NCBI GenBank assembly: GCA_002269645.1
Contig: NIVC01003732.1
Location: 15,772 to 79,771 of the forward strand
Direction: 5' to 3'
Length of the DNA stretch: 64,000 bases
DNA from: Macrostomum lignano
Lineage: Eukaryota
The position numbers were made by a program, and so were the translations under genes. The notes below the pieces were generated by a model. It did not search any database. It was not told where the DNA came from and worked only from the letters and a program-made list of their open reading frames with translations. This document shows, in pieces, positions 11,895 to 25,700 of the stretch; position 1 is the stretch's first letter, and the number at the start of each line of letters is the position of its first letter.

Positions 11895-12480
11895 ACTAAT
11901 TATGGCGCCACAATGACTTGGTTTAATGATGGCGCCACAATAAATCGGCCTTATGATGGCGCCACACTGACTCGGCCTAATGATGGCGCCACACTGACTC
12001 ACCCCAATGATGGCGCCACAATGACTTAATTCAATAATGGCGCCACAATGATTCGGCCCAATGATGGCGCCACAATAACTCAACCTAATGATGGCGCCAA
12101 AATGATTTAACCTAATGATAGCGCCACAATGACTCAGCCAAATGATGGCGCCACAATAACTCAACCTAATGATGGCGCCAAAATGATTTAACCTAATGAT
12201 AGCGCCACAATGACTCAGCCAAATGATGGCGCCACAATAACTCAACCTAATGATGGCGCCAAAATGATTTAACCTAATGATGGCGCCAAAATGATTTAAC
12301 CTAATGATGGCGCCAAAATGATTTAACCTAATGATAGCGCCACATTGACCCAACCTAGTAATGGCGCCACAATGACCCAACCCTAATAATGGCGCAACTA
12401 TGACCCAACCTAATAATGGCGCAACTATGACCCAACCCTAATAATGGCGCAACTATGACTAAGCTTAATGATGGCGTGAA
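11895..12480. repeat. 27-bp minisatellite with ATGATGGCGCCACAAT core
   Basis: 9-aa periodicity in ORF 11883-12380; direct reading. Confidence 0.92.
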
Positions 12481-14207
12481 CTAGAAGAAAATTGAAATCA
12501 ACAAACAGTGAATAGAGGCCAAGAAGTAATCATTAGTCTGCTGAAATTTTCTGCAGCAAAAGTTCATTCACGAATTGCGGCAAAAAATTACTTTGAATAA
12601 TAAAACAAATTAATATATATATATATAGATGTATATTTATGAAACTAAATAGGCAAAACACACACGCGCACTTCATTCAAATGACGTCAGATATTAGTTA
12701 TGCATAAATATGTTAGAATTTTATTCAGCAAGCAGGTGTAAGGTAGGGTGGCCTGAACGCATAATAATCAAATCGGCATTAACAGACTTATTAACTACAA
12801 GAGTGAAACTGTTTTTAATTTGGTTACAAAATAATCAATAAGTCTTGAGTTTGTCTTATTTGATAAATTAAAATAGTTAATTATGAGCGAAAACCTGACA
12901 ACAGCACCACCGCAATATATATTCATGCTTATGGGTAATTAGCATATTATAATGAGCCCCCCCCAGCCTAAGCAACACAAAAGACTGAAATTAATTTGCA
13001 AGCTTATGAAGCAAACGAGAGAATATTATATTTCTCATTTAATTTCAAAGATTTGTGAGAGCAAAAAGGAAAATATATATAGCTACTTTTTATTACTAGT
13101 AGTAGCATCGATAGTATGCGAAACAAGCATATTTAAGCAGAATAATAGTTTATTATTAATAAGCAAATTATAACGAAAAAAAGAGAAAAATGTCAATAAT
13201 CAATCAACAAGCCAAAGATTATTTTCCAACTGACAATATTGGGGATGGTCAATGGTGTGCAGGGTGCTCTCGACATGCTTTAAGAGTAATACTAATCCAC
13301 ATATTACTATGGTGAAGTAATTTAGTAAAATGTAATTTATTAACACACCTACAAGTGGACCAAATCACAATCTGATCAGATACTACTAACAAGTAGGTAA
13401 GCAGTTTTCAAAGTCTAGCGCAATTCACGAATAGCAATAGATAAATATATGTACTTTTTAATTAGTTAGAACCACAGATGCTAGAATAACGTTCTAGACA
13501 TTCCACTCAGCATATTTGCGTGCAAACTACTTTCAGTTCAGTAGTAAGTTAAACAGAGGCATTTTAATGTATTTTTAAAGCCAAGACATTTATTGGTTTT
13601 TACCCCCACCCCAGGTCCCAGCTTAAACCTTCCAACCGCCCCTTTCCACAACCCCCCGCCCTGCCCCAATTTTTATTGCCTTTCTCGGAATTCCAGCCTA
13701 AAGCTGCCATGTACATTTCAGTGGACTGGCTAATGTACATTATTGCTGAACCAATTAACAAGCTGCTTACGACTGCAAGCTTGGGCTTCTGAACTTATCA
13801 AAGTTAGTTCAGCTGCCTTATTGTTATAAAATAGCTTATATATTCTTCTTTGCTACTGAACTGAAAGTAGACAACTGTTTTACAAAGTAAATATGCCTGA
13901 GTGGCCCATCTAGCTATTTTAGTATCTATAGTTAGAACTGACAAAGAAAGGTGTGTGATACAAATGATAGGTAAGTAAGATATAGTACACTAAAAGAGCA
14001 GAGCCATTAATATTTTTAGACAATTGAGTTACTAAGCAAAAAAAACTGAGGAAAACCCGCCAAAAACAGTGACAGAGAAAAAACACAACTATAAATATAT
14101 ATCTGACACAAGTTCAAAGTCATGCACACGGAGAACAGTGAGATACATAGGCAGTAACGCACACCCAATTACACCTAACAGCAGACCACAGTGCTTACAT
14201 TGGTTAT

Positions 14208-17200
14208 GGGAGCTGAGAGCAAATCTCAAGGCGGAACTGAGGGCGATTCTCAAGGCAGAACTGAGGGCGATTCTCAAGGCAGAACTGAGGGCGATTCTCA
14301 AGGCAGAACTGAGGGCGATTCTCAAGGCAGAACAGAGGGCGATTCTAAAGGCAGAACTGAGGGCGATTCTCAAGGCAGAACTGAGGGCGATTTTCAAGGC
14401 AGAACTGAGGGCGATTCTCAAGGCAGAACTGAGGGCGATTCTCAAGGCAGAACTGAGGGCGATTCTCAAGGCAGAACTGAGGGCGATTCTCAAGGCAGAA
14501 CTGAGGGCGATTCTCAAGGCAGAACTGAGGGCGATTCTCAAGGCAGAACTGAGGGCGATTCTCAAGGCAGAACTGAGGGCGATTCTCAAGGCAGAACTGA
14601 GGGCGATTCTCAAGGCAGAACTGAGGGCGATTCTCAAGGCAGAACTGAGGGCGATTCTCAAGGCAGAACTGAGGGCGATTCTCAAGGCAGAACTGAGGGC
14701 GATTCTCAAGGCAGAACTGAGGGCGATTCTCAAGGCAGAACTGAGGGCGATTCTCAAGGCAGAACTGAGGGCGATTCTCAAGGCGGAACTGAGGGCGATT
14801 CTCAAAGCAGAACTGAGGGCGATTCTCAAGGCAGAACTGAGGGCGATTCTCAAGGCAGAACTGAGGGCGATTCTCAAGGCAGAACTGAGGGCGATTCTCA
14901 AGGCAGAACTGAGGGCGATTCTCAAGGCAGAACTGAGGGCGATTCTCAAGGCGGAACTGAGGGCGATTCTCAAAGCAGAACTGAGGGCGATTCTCAAGGC
15001 AGAACTGAGGGCGATTCTCAAGGCAGAACTGAGGGCGATTCTCAAGGCAGAACTGAGGGCGATTCTCAAGGCAGAACTGAGGGCGATTCTCAAGGCAGAA
15101 CTGAGGGCGATTCTCAAGGCAGAACTGAGGGCGATTCTCAAGGCAGAACTGAGGGCGATTCTCAAGGCAGAACTGAGGGCGATTCTAAAGGCAGAACTGA
15201 GGGCGATTCTCAAGGCAGAACTGAGGGCGATTCTCAAGGCAGAACTGAGGGCGATTCTAAAGGCAGAACTGAGGGCGATTCTCAAGGCAGAACTGAGGGC
15301 GATTCTCAAGGCAGAACTGAGGGCGATTCTCAAGGCAGAACTGAGGGCGATTCTCAAGGCAGAACTGAGGGCGATTCTCAAGGCAGAACTGAGGGCGATT
15401 CTCAAGGCAGAACTGAGGGCGATTCTCAAGGCAGAACTGAGGGCGATTCTCAAGGCAGAACTGAGGGCGATTCTCAAGGCAGAACTGAGGGCGATTCTAA
15501 AGGCAGAACTGAGGGCGATTCTAAAGGCGGAACTGAGGGCGATTCTCAAGGTGGAACTGAGGGCGATTCTCAAAGCAGAACTGAGGGCGATTCTCAAGGC
15601 GGAACTGAGGGCGATTCTCAAGGCGGAACTGAGAGCAAATCTCAAGGCGGAACTGAGGGCGATTCTCAAGGCAGAACTGAGGGCGATTCTCAAGGCAGAA
15701 CTGAGGGCGATTTTCAAGGCAGAACTGAGGGCGATTCTCAAGGCAGAACTGAGGGCGATTCTCAAGGCAGAACTGAGGGCGATTCTCAAGGCAGAACTGA
15801 GGGCGATTCTCAAGGCAGAACTGAGGGCGATTCTCAAGGCAGAACTGAGGGCGATTCTCAAGGCAGAACTGAGGGCGATTCTAAAGGCAGAACTGAGGGC
15901 GATTCTAAAGGCAGAACTGAGGGCGATTCTCAAGGCAGAACTGAGGGCGATTCTCAAGGCAGAACTGAGGGCGATTCTCAAGGCAGAACTGAGGGCGATT
16001 CTCAAGGCAGAACTGAGGGCGATTCTCAAGGCGGAACTGAGGGCGATTCTCAAAGCAGAACTGAGGGCGATTCTAAAGGCAGAACTGAGGGCGATTCTCA
16101 AGGCAGAACTGAGGGCGATTCTCAAGGCAGAACTGAGGGCGATTCTCAAGGCAGAACTGAGGGCGATTCTCAAGGCAGAACTGAGGGCGATTCTCAAGGC
16201 AGAACTGAGGGCGATTCTCAAGGCAGAACTGAGGGCGATTCTCAAGGCAGAACTGAGGGCGATTCTAAAGGCAGAACTGAGGGCGATTCTCAAGGCAGAA
16301 CTGAGGGCGATTCTCAAGGCAGAACTGAGGGCGATTCTAAAGGCAGAACTGAGGGCGATTCTCAAGGCAGAACTGAGGGCGATTCTCAAGGCAGAACTGA
16401 GGGCGATTCTCAAGGCAGAACTGAGGGCGATTCTCAAGGCAGAACTGAGGGCGATTCTCAAGGCAGAACTGAGGGCGATTCTCAAGGCAGAACTGAGGGC
16501 GATTCTCAAGGCAGAACTGAGGGCGATTCTCAAGGCAGAACTGAGGGCGATTCTCAAGGCAGAACTGAGGGCGATTCTCAAGGCAGAACTGAGGGCGATT
16601 CTCAAGGCAGAACTGAGGGCGATTCTCAAGGCAGAACTGAGGGCGATTCTCAAGGCAGAACTGAGGGCGATTCTCAAAGCAGAACTGAGGGCGATTCTCA
16701 AGGCAGAACTGAGGGCGATTCTCAAGGCGGAACTGAGGGCGATTTTCAAGGCAGAACTGAGGGCGATTCTCAAGGCAGAACTGAGGGCGATTCTAAAGGC
16801 AGAACTGAGGGCGATTCTCAAGGCAGAACTGAGGGCGATTCTCAAGGCAGAACTGAGGGCGATTCTCAAGGCAGAACTGAGGGCGATTCTCAAGGCAGAA
16901 CTGAGGGCGATTCTCAAGGCAGAACTGAGGGCGATTCTCAAGGCAGAACTGAGGGCGATTCTAAAGGCAGAACTGAGGGCGATTCTAAAGGCGGAACTGA
17001 GGGCGATTCTCAAGGCGGAACTGAGGGCGATTCTCAAGGCAGAACTGAGGGCGATTCTCAAGGCGGAACTGAGGGCGATTCTCAAGGCGGAACTGAGAGC
17101 AAATCTCAAGGCGGAACTGAGGGCGATTCTCAAGGCAGAACTGAGGGCGATTCTCAAGGCAGAACTGAGGGCGATTCTCAAGGCAGAACTGAGGGCGATT

Positions 17201-17495
17201 CTCAAGGCAGAACTGAGGGCGATTCTCAAGGCAGAACTGAGGGCGATTCTCAAGGCGGAACTGAGGGCGATTTTCAAGGCAGAACTGAGGGCGATTCTCA
17301 AGGCAGAACTGAGGGCGATTCTCAAGGCAGAACTGAGGGCGATTCTCAAGGCAGAACTGAGGGCGATTCTAAAGGCAGAACTGAGGGCGAATCTCAAGGC
17401 AGAACTGAGGGCGATTCTCCTATGAGAACTGAGGGCGAATCTCCTATGGGAACTGAGGGCGAATCTCCTATGGGAACTGAGGGCGAATCTCTAAG
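14208..17495. repeat. 24-bp minisatellite (AGAACTGAGGGCGATTCTCAAGGC), about 136 copies
   Basis: Highly homogeneous array; source of the three 1100-aa ORFs. Confidence 0.98.
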
Positions 17496-17738
17496 GGATT
17501 ACCAGATTTCATGGATCTAGCACAAAATTAGCAAACATGAACGCAAAAAAGACATTATTAATAATTATACGACTAAAATTACTGGGTTTCAATAGCGCGG
17601 TGTTACGTAAATTACCAGATTTTAATAGGCATCATATTTTTCGCGAAAAAAAGCGAATAAAAAGAAATGTCAGATTTGACGCCAGTTTGAAGTGTCCCAG
17701 AATCCAATCAGTGATGAGGCGCCGCAGTCTATATAATT

Positions 17739-19811
17739 TCACAGGATAAACTTGCCAACAATGAGGCCCAACACTAGGGCCAATACCAGGAACAAGACAG
17801 GCGGCAGGGCCAGCACAGATTGCTGCTGCTGTTGCTGCATTTGGCCCATTGAAGCCTCGGACTGCTGCTGCTGCTGCTGCAAGTCGCTAGATTTGGTATC
17901 CCGCATAGCCAGCTTTCGGAGCCGCAGCTCCTGCTCCTGCAGCCTGGCATTGTCGTCTTTTAGGCGTTGAATCTCCGACTGTAGGCTGCGCAGCGAATCC
18001 GGACTGCCGGCCGCGGCGGCTGACGGGGCCGACGGCTCCTTTCTTGGCGCAGTCGGGCTGCTGCCGTCCTGCTGCTGCTTTTGCGGCTGCTTCGCCGCGG
18101 CTTGCTGCTGCTGCTGTTGGTTCTGCTTTTCTCCGGCTGGCGAAGGCGTAGAAGTGGCGGTTGCCTGGTTTGTGGGGTCCGCGCGGGCCTGGTCTGTACC
18201 GGGATCCAGGACCACCTGCGGGTTGATGGGGTATTAATGAGCGGAGTGAGGGATTTAGCGGCGAAAATGAAGGCGATTTCAATGGGATTAGTGGCAATTC
18301 CAATGGGATTAGTGGCAATTCCAATGGGATTAGTGGCAATTCCAATGGGATTAGTGGCAATTCCAATGGGATTAGTGGCAATTCCAATGGGATTAGTGGC
18401 AATTCCAAAGGGATTAGTGGCAATTCCAATGGGATTAGTGGCAATTCCAATGGGATTGGTGCCAATTCTATGGGATTAGTGGCAATTCCAATGGGATTAG
18501 TGCCAATTCTATGGGATTAGTGCCAATTCTATGGGATTAGTGGCAATTCCAATGGGATTAGTGGCAATTCCAATGGGATTAGTGCCAATTCTATGGGATT
18601 AGTGGCAATTCCAATGGGATTAGTGGCAATTCCAATGGGATTAGTGCCAATTCTATGGGATTAGTGGCAATTCCAATGGGATTAGTGCCAATTCTATGGG
18701 ATTAGTGCCAATTCTATGGGATTAGTGGCAATTCCAATGGGATTAGTGCCAATTCTATGGGATTAGTGGCAATTCCATTGGGATTAGTGCCAATTCCATC
18801 GGGATTAGTGGCATTTAATTGGGTTTAGCGGCATTTTATACGGATTTGCGAAAGTTCCATGGGGATTAGTGGTAATTTCAAAGGGATTCAGAAGGGCAGA
18901 TTAGATTAACTGAAAGTCCAATGGGATAAACTGCACAGAGACCCGTCTGTCACAAACCTTCAACTTGGAGTCCATCAGAGTCTCAGCCGTGGCAGATTTC
19001 CACAGTTCGTCCAGGCTTTCAACTGCGCCCGATTTCACCAGCAGGCTTTGGACCATGAATTTGTGGCGCGCCTTCTCGGCTGGATCGTATTCGAACGGTT
19101 GCAGCATGACGGCCACCTCCACTTCGCTATTGGGCTGCACAAGCCCGCTGTTCGGCCTGACGCAGTACCGCTTTGGCGCCGTCGTCTTTACCTGCGTTAA
19201 ATCAGCGAGATCTGGGAGATGGAGATCTGGGAGGTGGGGATCTGGGAGGTGGGGATCTGGGAGATGGAGATCTGGGAGGTGGGGATCTGGGAGATGGAGA
19301 TCTGGGAGGTGGGTATCTGGGAGGAGGGGATCTGGGAGGTGAGGATCTGGGAAGTGGGGATCTGGGAGGTGGGGATCTGGGAGGTAGGGATCTGGGAGGT
19401 GGAGATCTACGAGATGGGATTTGGGAAGATAGTTGACATCAGGGAGGCTGGCCAGCAACTGAGGATCTGGGAGGCTGGCCCAGCAACTGAGGATCTAAGA
19501 GGCTGGCCCAGCAACTGAGGATCTGGGAGGCTGGCCCAGCAACTGAGGATCTGGGAGGCTGGCCCAGCAACTGACGCTCTGGGAGGCTGGCCCAGCAACT
19601 GACGCTCTGGGAGGCTGGCCCAGCAACTGAGGATCTGGGAGGCCCCAAGGCCCGAGAGTCATAAACAGGTAGCAGATAGAGCATTCACCTTGAAGGCCAC
19701 AACATCGGACCCCGGGTTGCGCAGTCGCAGAGTCGAAGTCACAACCTTGTCAAAGGGACCACGGAAGGTCAGCTCCAACTCCGGCTTGATCTGCAGAATC
19801 TGGGTAGGCAT
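17739..19811 (-). CDS. VAP: VAP (VAPA/VAPB/Vap33-like) ER membrane protein, 277 aa. Exons 19811-19689, 19191-18958, 18215-17739. An upstream in-frame start at 19880 is possible.
   Basis: MPTQILQIKPELELTFRGPFDKVVTSTLRLRNPGSDVVAFK|VKTTAPKRYCVRPNSG..MLQPFEYDPAEKARHKFMVQ..LMDSKLK|VVLDP.. carries the VAP consensus FKVKTTAPxRYCVRPNSG, a coiled coil (EIQRLKDDNARLQEQELRLRK) and a TM ending GLIVGKFIL. Both introns are GT-AG, phase 0; exon lengths 123/234/477 are all multiples of 3. Confidence 0.95.
18275..18830. repeat. 21-bp minisatellite (ATGGGATTAGTGGCAATTCCA) in VAP intron 2
   Basis: Direct reading. Confidence 0.95.
19208..19640. repeat. Compound 15-bp (GATCTGGGAGGTGGG) and 28-bp (GCCCAGCAACTGAGGATCTGGGAGGCTG) minisatellites in VAP intron 1
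   Basis: Both contain GATCTGGGAGG; periods 15 and 28 measured directly. Confidence 0.93.
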
Positions 19812-21259
19812 GCCGATATTGAAAGTTGCTTGCTGATCGCAGAAACTGAAAGACGAAGAAGAGTGCAAAGGATTTTCCATACAAGCGAGCCTTAGGCGTC
19901 TTATATCACCTAGATTTCAGTTATGTGGCTGTGCCAGCAACACCAGTGTAAAAAGTGTTCAGTGTTAATAGATGATGAAGTCATGACTCATTTCATTTAA
20001 TTAGTCATAAAATTGTAATCATGAACTTATTTACATTAGGCAAATAAGTGACAAAAATTCCTTTTCTACTAATGTTTTGGCAGAAGAAAATTAAAAAATT
20101 ACATGATTTTGCTTTCTAATGCTTTTACAATAATTAGCAAAAAATAACTTTTGAAGGAAAAGGCTTGCATTAATAATGAATGAAATATGCATAAAAATTG
20201 CCTTTTTAATTTATTTAATAAACAAGTAGCTCAAATTTAAATTTTTTAAATTTTCTTTTACAAATAAAAATATAAAAACCAACATCATTTTATTCGCTAA
20301 AATAGTTTATATTTCTTAACATATTTTAGACCCCAATCATAATCTTCATACATAATAGTATACTAGATTAATAGTATACCAGATGGTATCAATATTCATT
20401 TTTAGACAAGGTATAATAACAAACTATTATAAGTTTTGTCTAGAAAATCTTAGATCTTTATTATGTAAAAAAAAAGAACAAAACCTTTAACATTCAAGAA
20501 GGAAATAAGAATAAATATTAGACTGCTACCATATACATTAGACCACTAGGCCTACCAAAGTATAATAGACCACTATTAGAATACTTTAGACTGCTATTAG
20601 CAATGCTACCAAAAATGTATTAAAGTGCATTTTATAGTAGATTTATAAAAATAGATTGTTAGGCCCTATATCCTAAAAAAGAATGGGCTCTTTTATATAT
20701 TAAAAGGTCAATAGCCAACTATTAAGACTTAATTGAATAAGGGGTTTAAAGATAAAGAGACTTAAAATTTGAATAGAAACATAAACCTAAGCCCCTATTC
20801 AAGATTAGATTGATGTTGATTAATAATTCTAGCCTATAGTATATAAAAAGCCTAAAATAGATTGAAAACTAGTTATCTAAATTTTATATCTTCTATATAA
20901 AATATTTTTTGTGTAAATAAAATATTTATAAAACCCTAAAATGGTTCTACCAAAGCTAGGCCTATATAGTATACAAGCTGCTAAAACCCGCAGATTTTGA
21001 ACCCAGGGAATTCCAATCCCCGGAACTATTTTTGCATATATTGAGATTAAACTCAAACAAAAACATTTGTTTTTGTTTGAGTTAGAGTTAATAACAATAA
21101 TAGAGTTAATAGAGTTTGGATAGAGTTAAACAAAAAATAGAGTACATTTGTGTAAAATTAGGATTTAAGGCAAACATTGATATTGTTGGCTGGGGTGCTG
21201 CACAGAATGTCAGGAAAACTCTGGCCTCTACCTCTGCCTCTCCCTATGTCCCTTGCATC

Positions 21260-21689
21260 TTTTGAAACTTCTATCTTCTCTTCTGTTTTCTCACTTCTCT
21301 CTTGTCTCTTCTTTCTCCTCTCATCTCTTCTTTCTTCTCTCCTCTGTCCCCTCTTCTTTTGTCTTTTCCCTCTATTTGTTTCTCTCTTCTTTCCTCTCTT
21401 CTCTCTCGTCTCTGCTCTCTCATCTCTCCTTTCTCCTCTTTTATCTCTTCTCATTTCTCTCTGCTCTCTCCTCTCTTTTCTCTCTCTGCTCTCTACTCTC
21501 TCTTCCCTCTCCTCTCCTCTCTTCTCACTCATTACAAATTACTCTCTCAACACTTCCCTTATCTCTCCTCTCTCCTTTCTCTTCTCTTCACTCTCTCCTC
21601 TCATCTCTTCTATCGTCTCTTTCCTTAACTCTCTTCGCTTTCATATCTTTCCTTTCTCTTCTTTTATCTTTTCTCTCTTATCTCTTCTC

Positions 21690-21734
<45 letters not shown>

Positions 21735-22130
21735 CTCTTCTCTCTGCTCTCTCCTGTCTCATCTCTCTTCTCCTCTCTAATCTTTCCCCTCTCCTCTCAT
21801 ATATCATCTGTTCACTCTTATCTTTGCTCTCTCACCCCCTCTCTCTTCTGTCATCTCTACTTTCCTCTCTCCTGTGTACTCTTCTCTTTCCCCTCTTTCC
21901 TTACTCCTCTTTTCTCTTCCCTCTTCTTTACTCTCTCCACTCTATTCTCTTCTCTCGTCTCTCTGCACTCTGCTCTCTCCTCCTTCATCTCTCATCTCTA
22001 CTCTCTCATCTCTCCTTTTCTCTCTTATCTTTATTACATTACATTACATTACATTACATTACATTACATTACAATAATACTAAAAATGGTCTGTCGGTAT
22101 GTGTGTGTGTGTATGTGTGTGTGTGTGATC
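21260..22130. repeat. Degenerate CT-rich tract followed by (TTACA)n and (GT)n microsatellites
   Basis: Direct reading. Confidence 0.9.
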
Positions 22131-22744
22131 GATTTTAGCAAAAACGGCTCAACCGATTTTCTTCAAACTTGCACTGTTCGATCAGAAATTTTCCCGTGAC
22201 AGTACATGCATTGTGGCTAAGAAATTGCTTGATGCTAAAGGGATTAAATATTCGAAAAACATGCTTTTTTGCAAAGGTCAAGCAGCTCTTTCGACTTGAA
22301 ATGCATCGTAAGAATGTTAGCAGAAAAACTGACTGGTTGAATTCTGATTCTGAAATAGATTGCATCACAATACACTTTATTTATCGTCTGTGTACTGGCT
22401 GAATTTGACACTCAATTGAATTGCGTCACAGCTTTGAGTGTGAAAGCATAGCGCAGTACTGAATTTATATTATGTAACCATATTGTAAACTTTCATAGAC
22501 ACTGGTACTGACTTGCCTAAGAAATTGATTATGTCATAACTGCTTCGTGAGACTTTTTACTCTACCTGACTTGGTGTGAGTGTTGAATTATATAAGTGGT
22601 ACAACATCACTGATAACTTCGATGAGAGCTAGCCTAGAGCTGAACAGACCAGACTGCTAATGCAGCGACCTAGGTTCGAATCTAAGTAGTTTAAAAGTAG
22701 TAGTGTAAATTTTTTTATTAAAAGGTTTTATTAAAGGACTAAAT

Positions 22745-25700
22745 AAAAACACTTAGATTACTGCACTCGATAAGCCAAGGATTATTGCTATTAATAAACC
22801 AAGGACTACTGCACTCGATAAACCAAGGACTATTGCTCTTGGCAAACCAAGGATTACTGCACTCAAGAAGCCAAGGATTATTGCTATTAATAAACCAAGG
22901 ATTACTGCACTTGGAAAACCAAGGATTACTGCACTCGATAAACCAAGGACTATTGCTCTTGGCAAACCAAGGATTACTGCACTCAAGAAGCCAAGGATTA
23001 TTGCACTTGGAAAACCAAGGATTACTGCACTCGATAAACCAAGGACTATTGCTCTTGGCAAACCAAGGATTACTGCACTCAAGAAGCCAAGGATTATTGC
23101 TATTAATAAACCAAGGATTACTGCACTTGGAAAACCAAGGATTACTGCACTCGATAAACCAAGGACTATTGCTCTTGGCAAACCAAGGATTACTGCACTC
23201 AAGAAGCCAAGGATTATTGCACTTGGAAAACCAAGGATTACTGCACTCGATAAACCAAGGACTATTGCACTTGATAAACCAAGGAATATTGCACTTGATA
23301 GGCCAAGGATTACTGCACTTGATAAACCAAGGATTATTGCACTTGATAGGCCAAAGATTACTGCGCTTGATAAACCAAGGATTATTGCACTTGATAAACC
23401 AAGGATTATTGCACTTGATAAGCCAAGGATTACTGCGCTTGATAAACCAAGGATTATTGCACTTGATAAACAAAGGATTATTGCACTTGATAAACAAAGG
23501 ATTATTGCACTTGATAAACAAAGGATTATTGCACTTGATAAACCAAGGATTATTGCACTTGATAAGCCAAGGATTATTGCACTTGATAAGCCATGGATTA
23601 TTGCACTTGATAGTAAAGAATGTTGCACTTGATAAGCCAAGGATTAATGCACTGGATTATTCAAGGATTATTGATATTAATAAACCAAGGACTACTCCAC
23701 TCGATAAACCAAGGATTATTGCTCTTAATAAACCAAGGATTACTGCACTTGGAAAACTAAGGATTACTGCACTCGATAAACCAAAGACTATTGCACTTGA
23801 TAAACCAAGGATTATTGCACTTGATAGGCCAAGGATTACTGCACTTGATAAACCAAGGATTATTGCACTTGATAGGCCAAAAATTACTGCGCTTGATAAA
23901 CCAAGGATTATTGCACTTGATAAACCAAGGATTATTGCACTTGATAAGCCAAGGATTATTGCACTTGATAAACCAATGATTATTGCAGTTGATAAGCCAA
24001 GGATTATTGCATCTGATAAACTAAAGATTATTGCACTTGATAAACCAAGGATTATTGCACTTGATAAACAAAGGATTATTGCACTTGATAGGCCAAAGAT
24101 TACTGCGCTTGATAAACCAAGGATTATTGCACTTGATAAACCAAGGATTATTGCACTTGATAAGCCAAGGATTATTGCACTTGATAAACCAAGGGTTATT
24201 GCAGTTGATAAGCCAAGGATTATTGCATCTGATAAACCAAGGATTATTGCACTTGATAAACCAAGGATTATTGCACTTGATAAACCAAGGATTATTGCAC
24301 TTGATAAACCAAGGATTATTGCTCTTGGCAAACCAAGGATTACTGCACTCGATAAGCCAAGGATTATTGCTCTTAATAAACCAAGGATTACTGCACTTGG
24401 AAAACTAAGGATTACTGCACTCGATAAACTAAGGATTATTGCTCTTGGCAAACCAAGGATTATTGCACTTGATAGGCCAAGGATTACTGCACTTGATAAA
24501 CCAAGGATTATTGCACTTGATAAACCAAGGATTATTGCACTTGATAAGCCAAGGATTATTGCACTTGATAGGCCAAGGATTACTGCACTTGATAAACCAA
24601 GGATTATTGCACTTGATAAACCAAGGATTATTGCAGTTGATAAGCCAAGGATTATTGCACTTGATAAACAAAGGATTATTACACTTGATAAACCAAGGAT
24701 TATTGCACTTGATAAACCAAGGATTATTGCACTTGATAGGCCAAGGATTACTGCACTTGATAAACCAAGGATTATTGCACTTGATAGGCCAAAGATTACT
24801 GCGCTTGATAAACCAAGGATTATTGCAGTTGATAAGCCAAGGATTATTGCACTTGATAAACCAATGATTATTTCACTTGATAAACCAAGGATTATTGCAC
24901 TTGATAAACAAATATTGCACTTGATAAACCAAGGATTATTGCACCTGATAAGCCAAGGATTACTGCGCTAGATAAACCAAGGATTATTGCACTTAATAAA
25001 CCAAGGATTATTGCACTTAATAAACCAAGGATTATTGCACTTGATAAACCAAGGATTATTGCACTTGATAAACAAAGGATTATTGCACTTGATAAACCAA
25101 GGATTATTGCACTTTATAAGCCAAAGATTACTGCACTTGATAAACCAAGGATTATTGCACTTGATAAACCAAGGACTATTGCTCTTGGCAAACCAAGGAT
25201 TACTGCACTCAAGAAGCCAAGGATTATTGCTATTAATAAACCAAGGATTACTGCACTTGGAAAACCAAGGATTACTGCACTCGATAAACCAAGGACTATT
25301 GCTCTTGGCAAACCAAGGATTACTGCACTCAAGAAGCCAAGGATTATTGCACTTGGAAAACCAAGGATTACTGCACTCGATAAACCAAGGACTATTGCTC
25401 TTGGCAAACCAAGGATTACTGCACTCAAGAAGCCAAGGATTATTGCTATTAATAAACCAAGGATTACTGCACTTGGAAAACCAAGGATTACTGCACTCGA
25501 TAAACCAAGGACTATTGCTCTTGGCAAACCAAGGATTACTGCACTCAAGAAGCCAAGGATTATTGCACTTGGAAAACCAAGGATTACTGCACTCGATAAA
25601 CCAAGGACTATTGCACTTGATAAACCAAGGAATATTGCACTTGATAGGCCAAGGATTACTGCACTTGATAAACCAAGGATTATTGCACTTGATAGGCCAA

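Noticed and set aside
14069-17520. Three 1100-aa ORFs (AELRAILK, ALSSALRI and GRTEGDSQ repeats) as genes
   Set aside because: They are open only because the 24-bp unit lacks stops in those frames. There is no unique domain, splice context or recognisable homology.
22085-22190. HINE/Helitron-like element end (GTCTGTC-(GT)n-AACCGATTTTCTTCAAACTT; similar inverted tract near 29840-29940)
   Set aside because: Resemblance only; boundaries and hairpin termini could not be defined, so it is not called as a feature.
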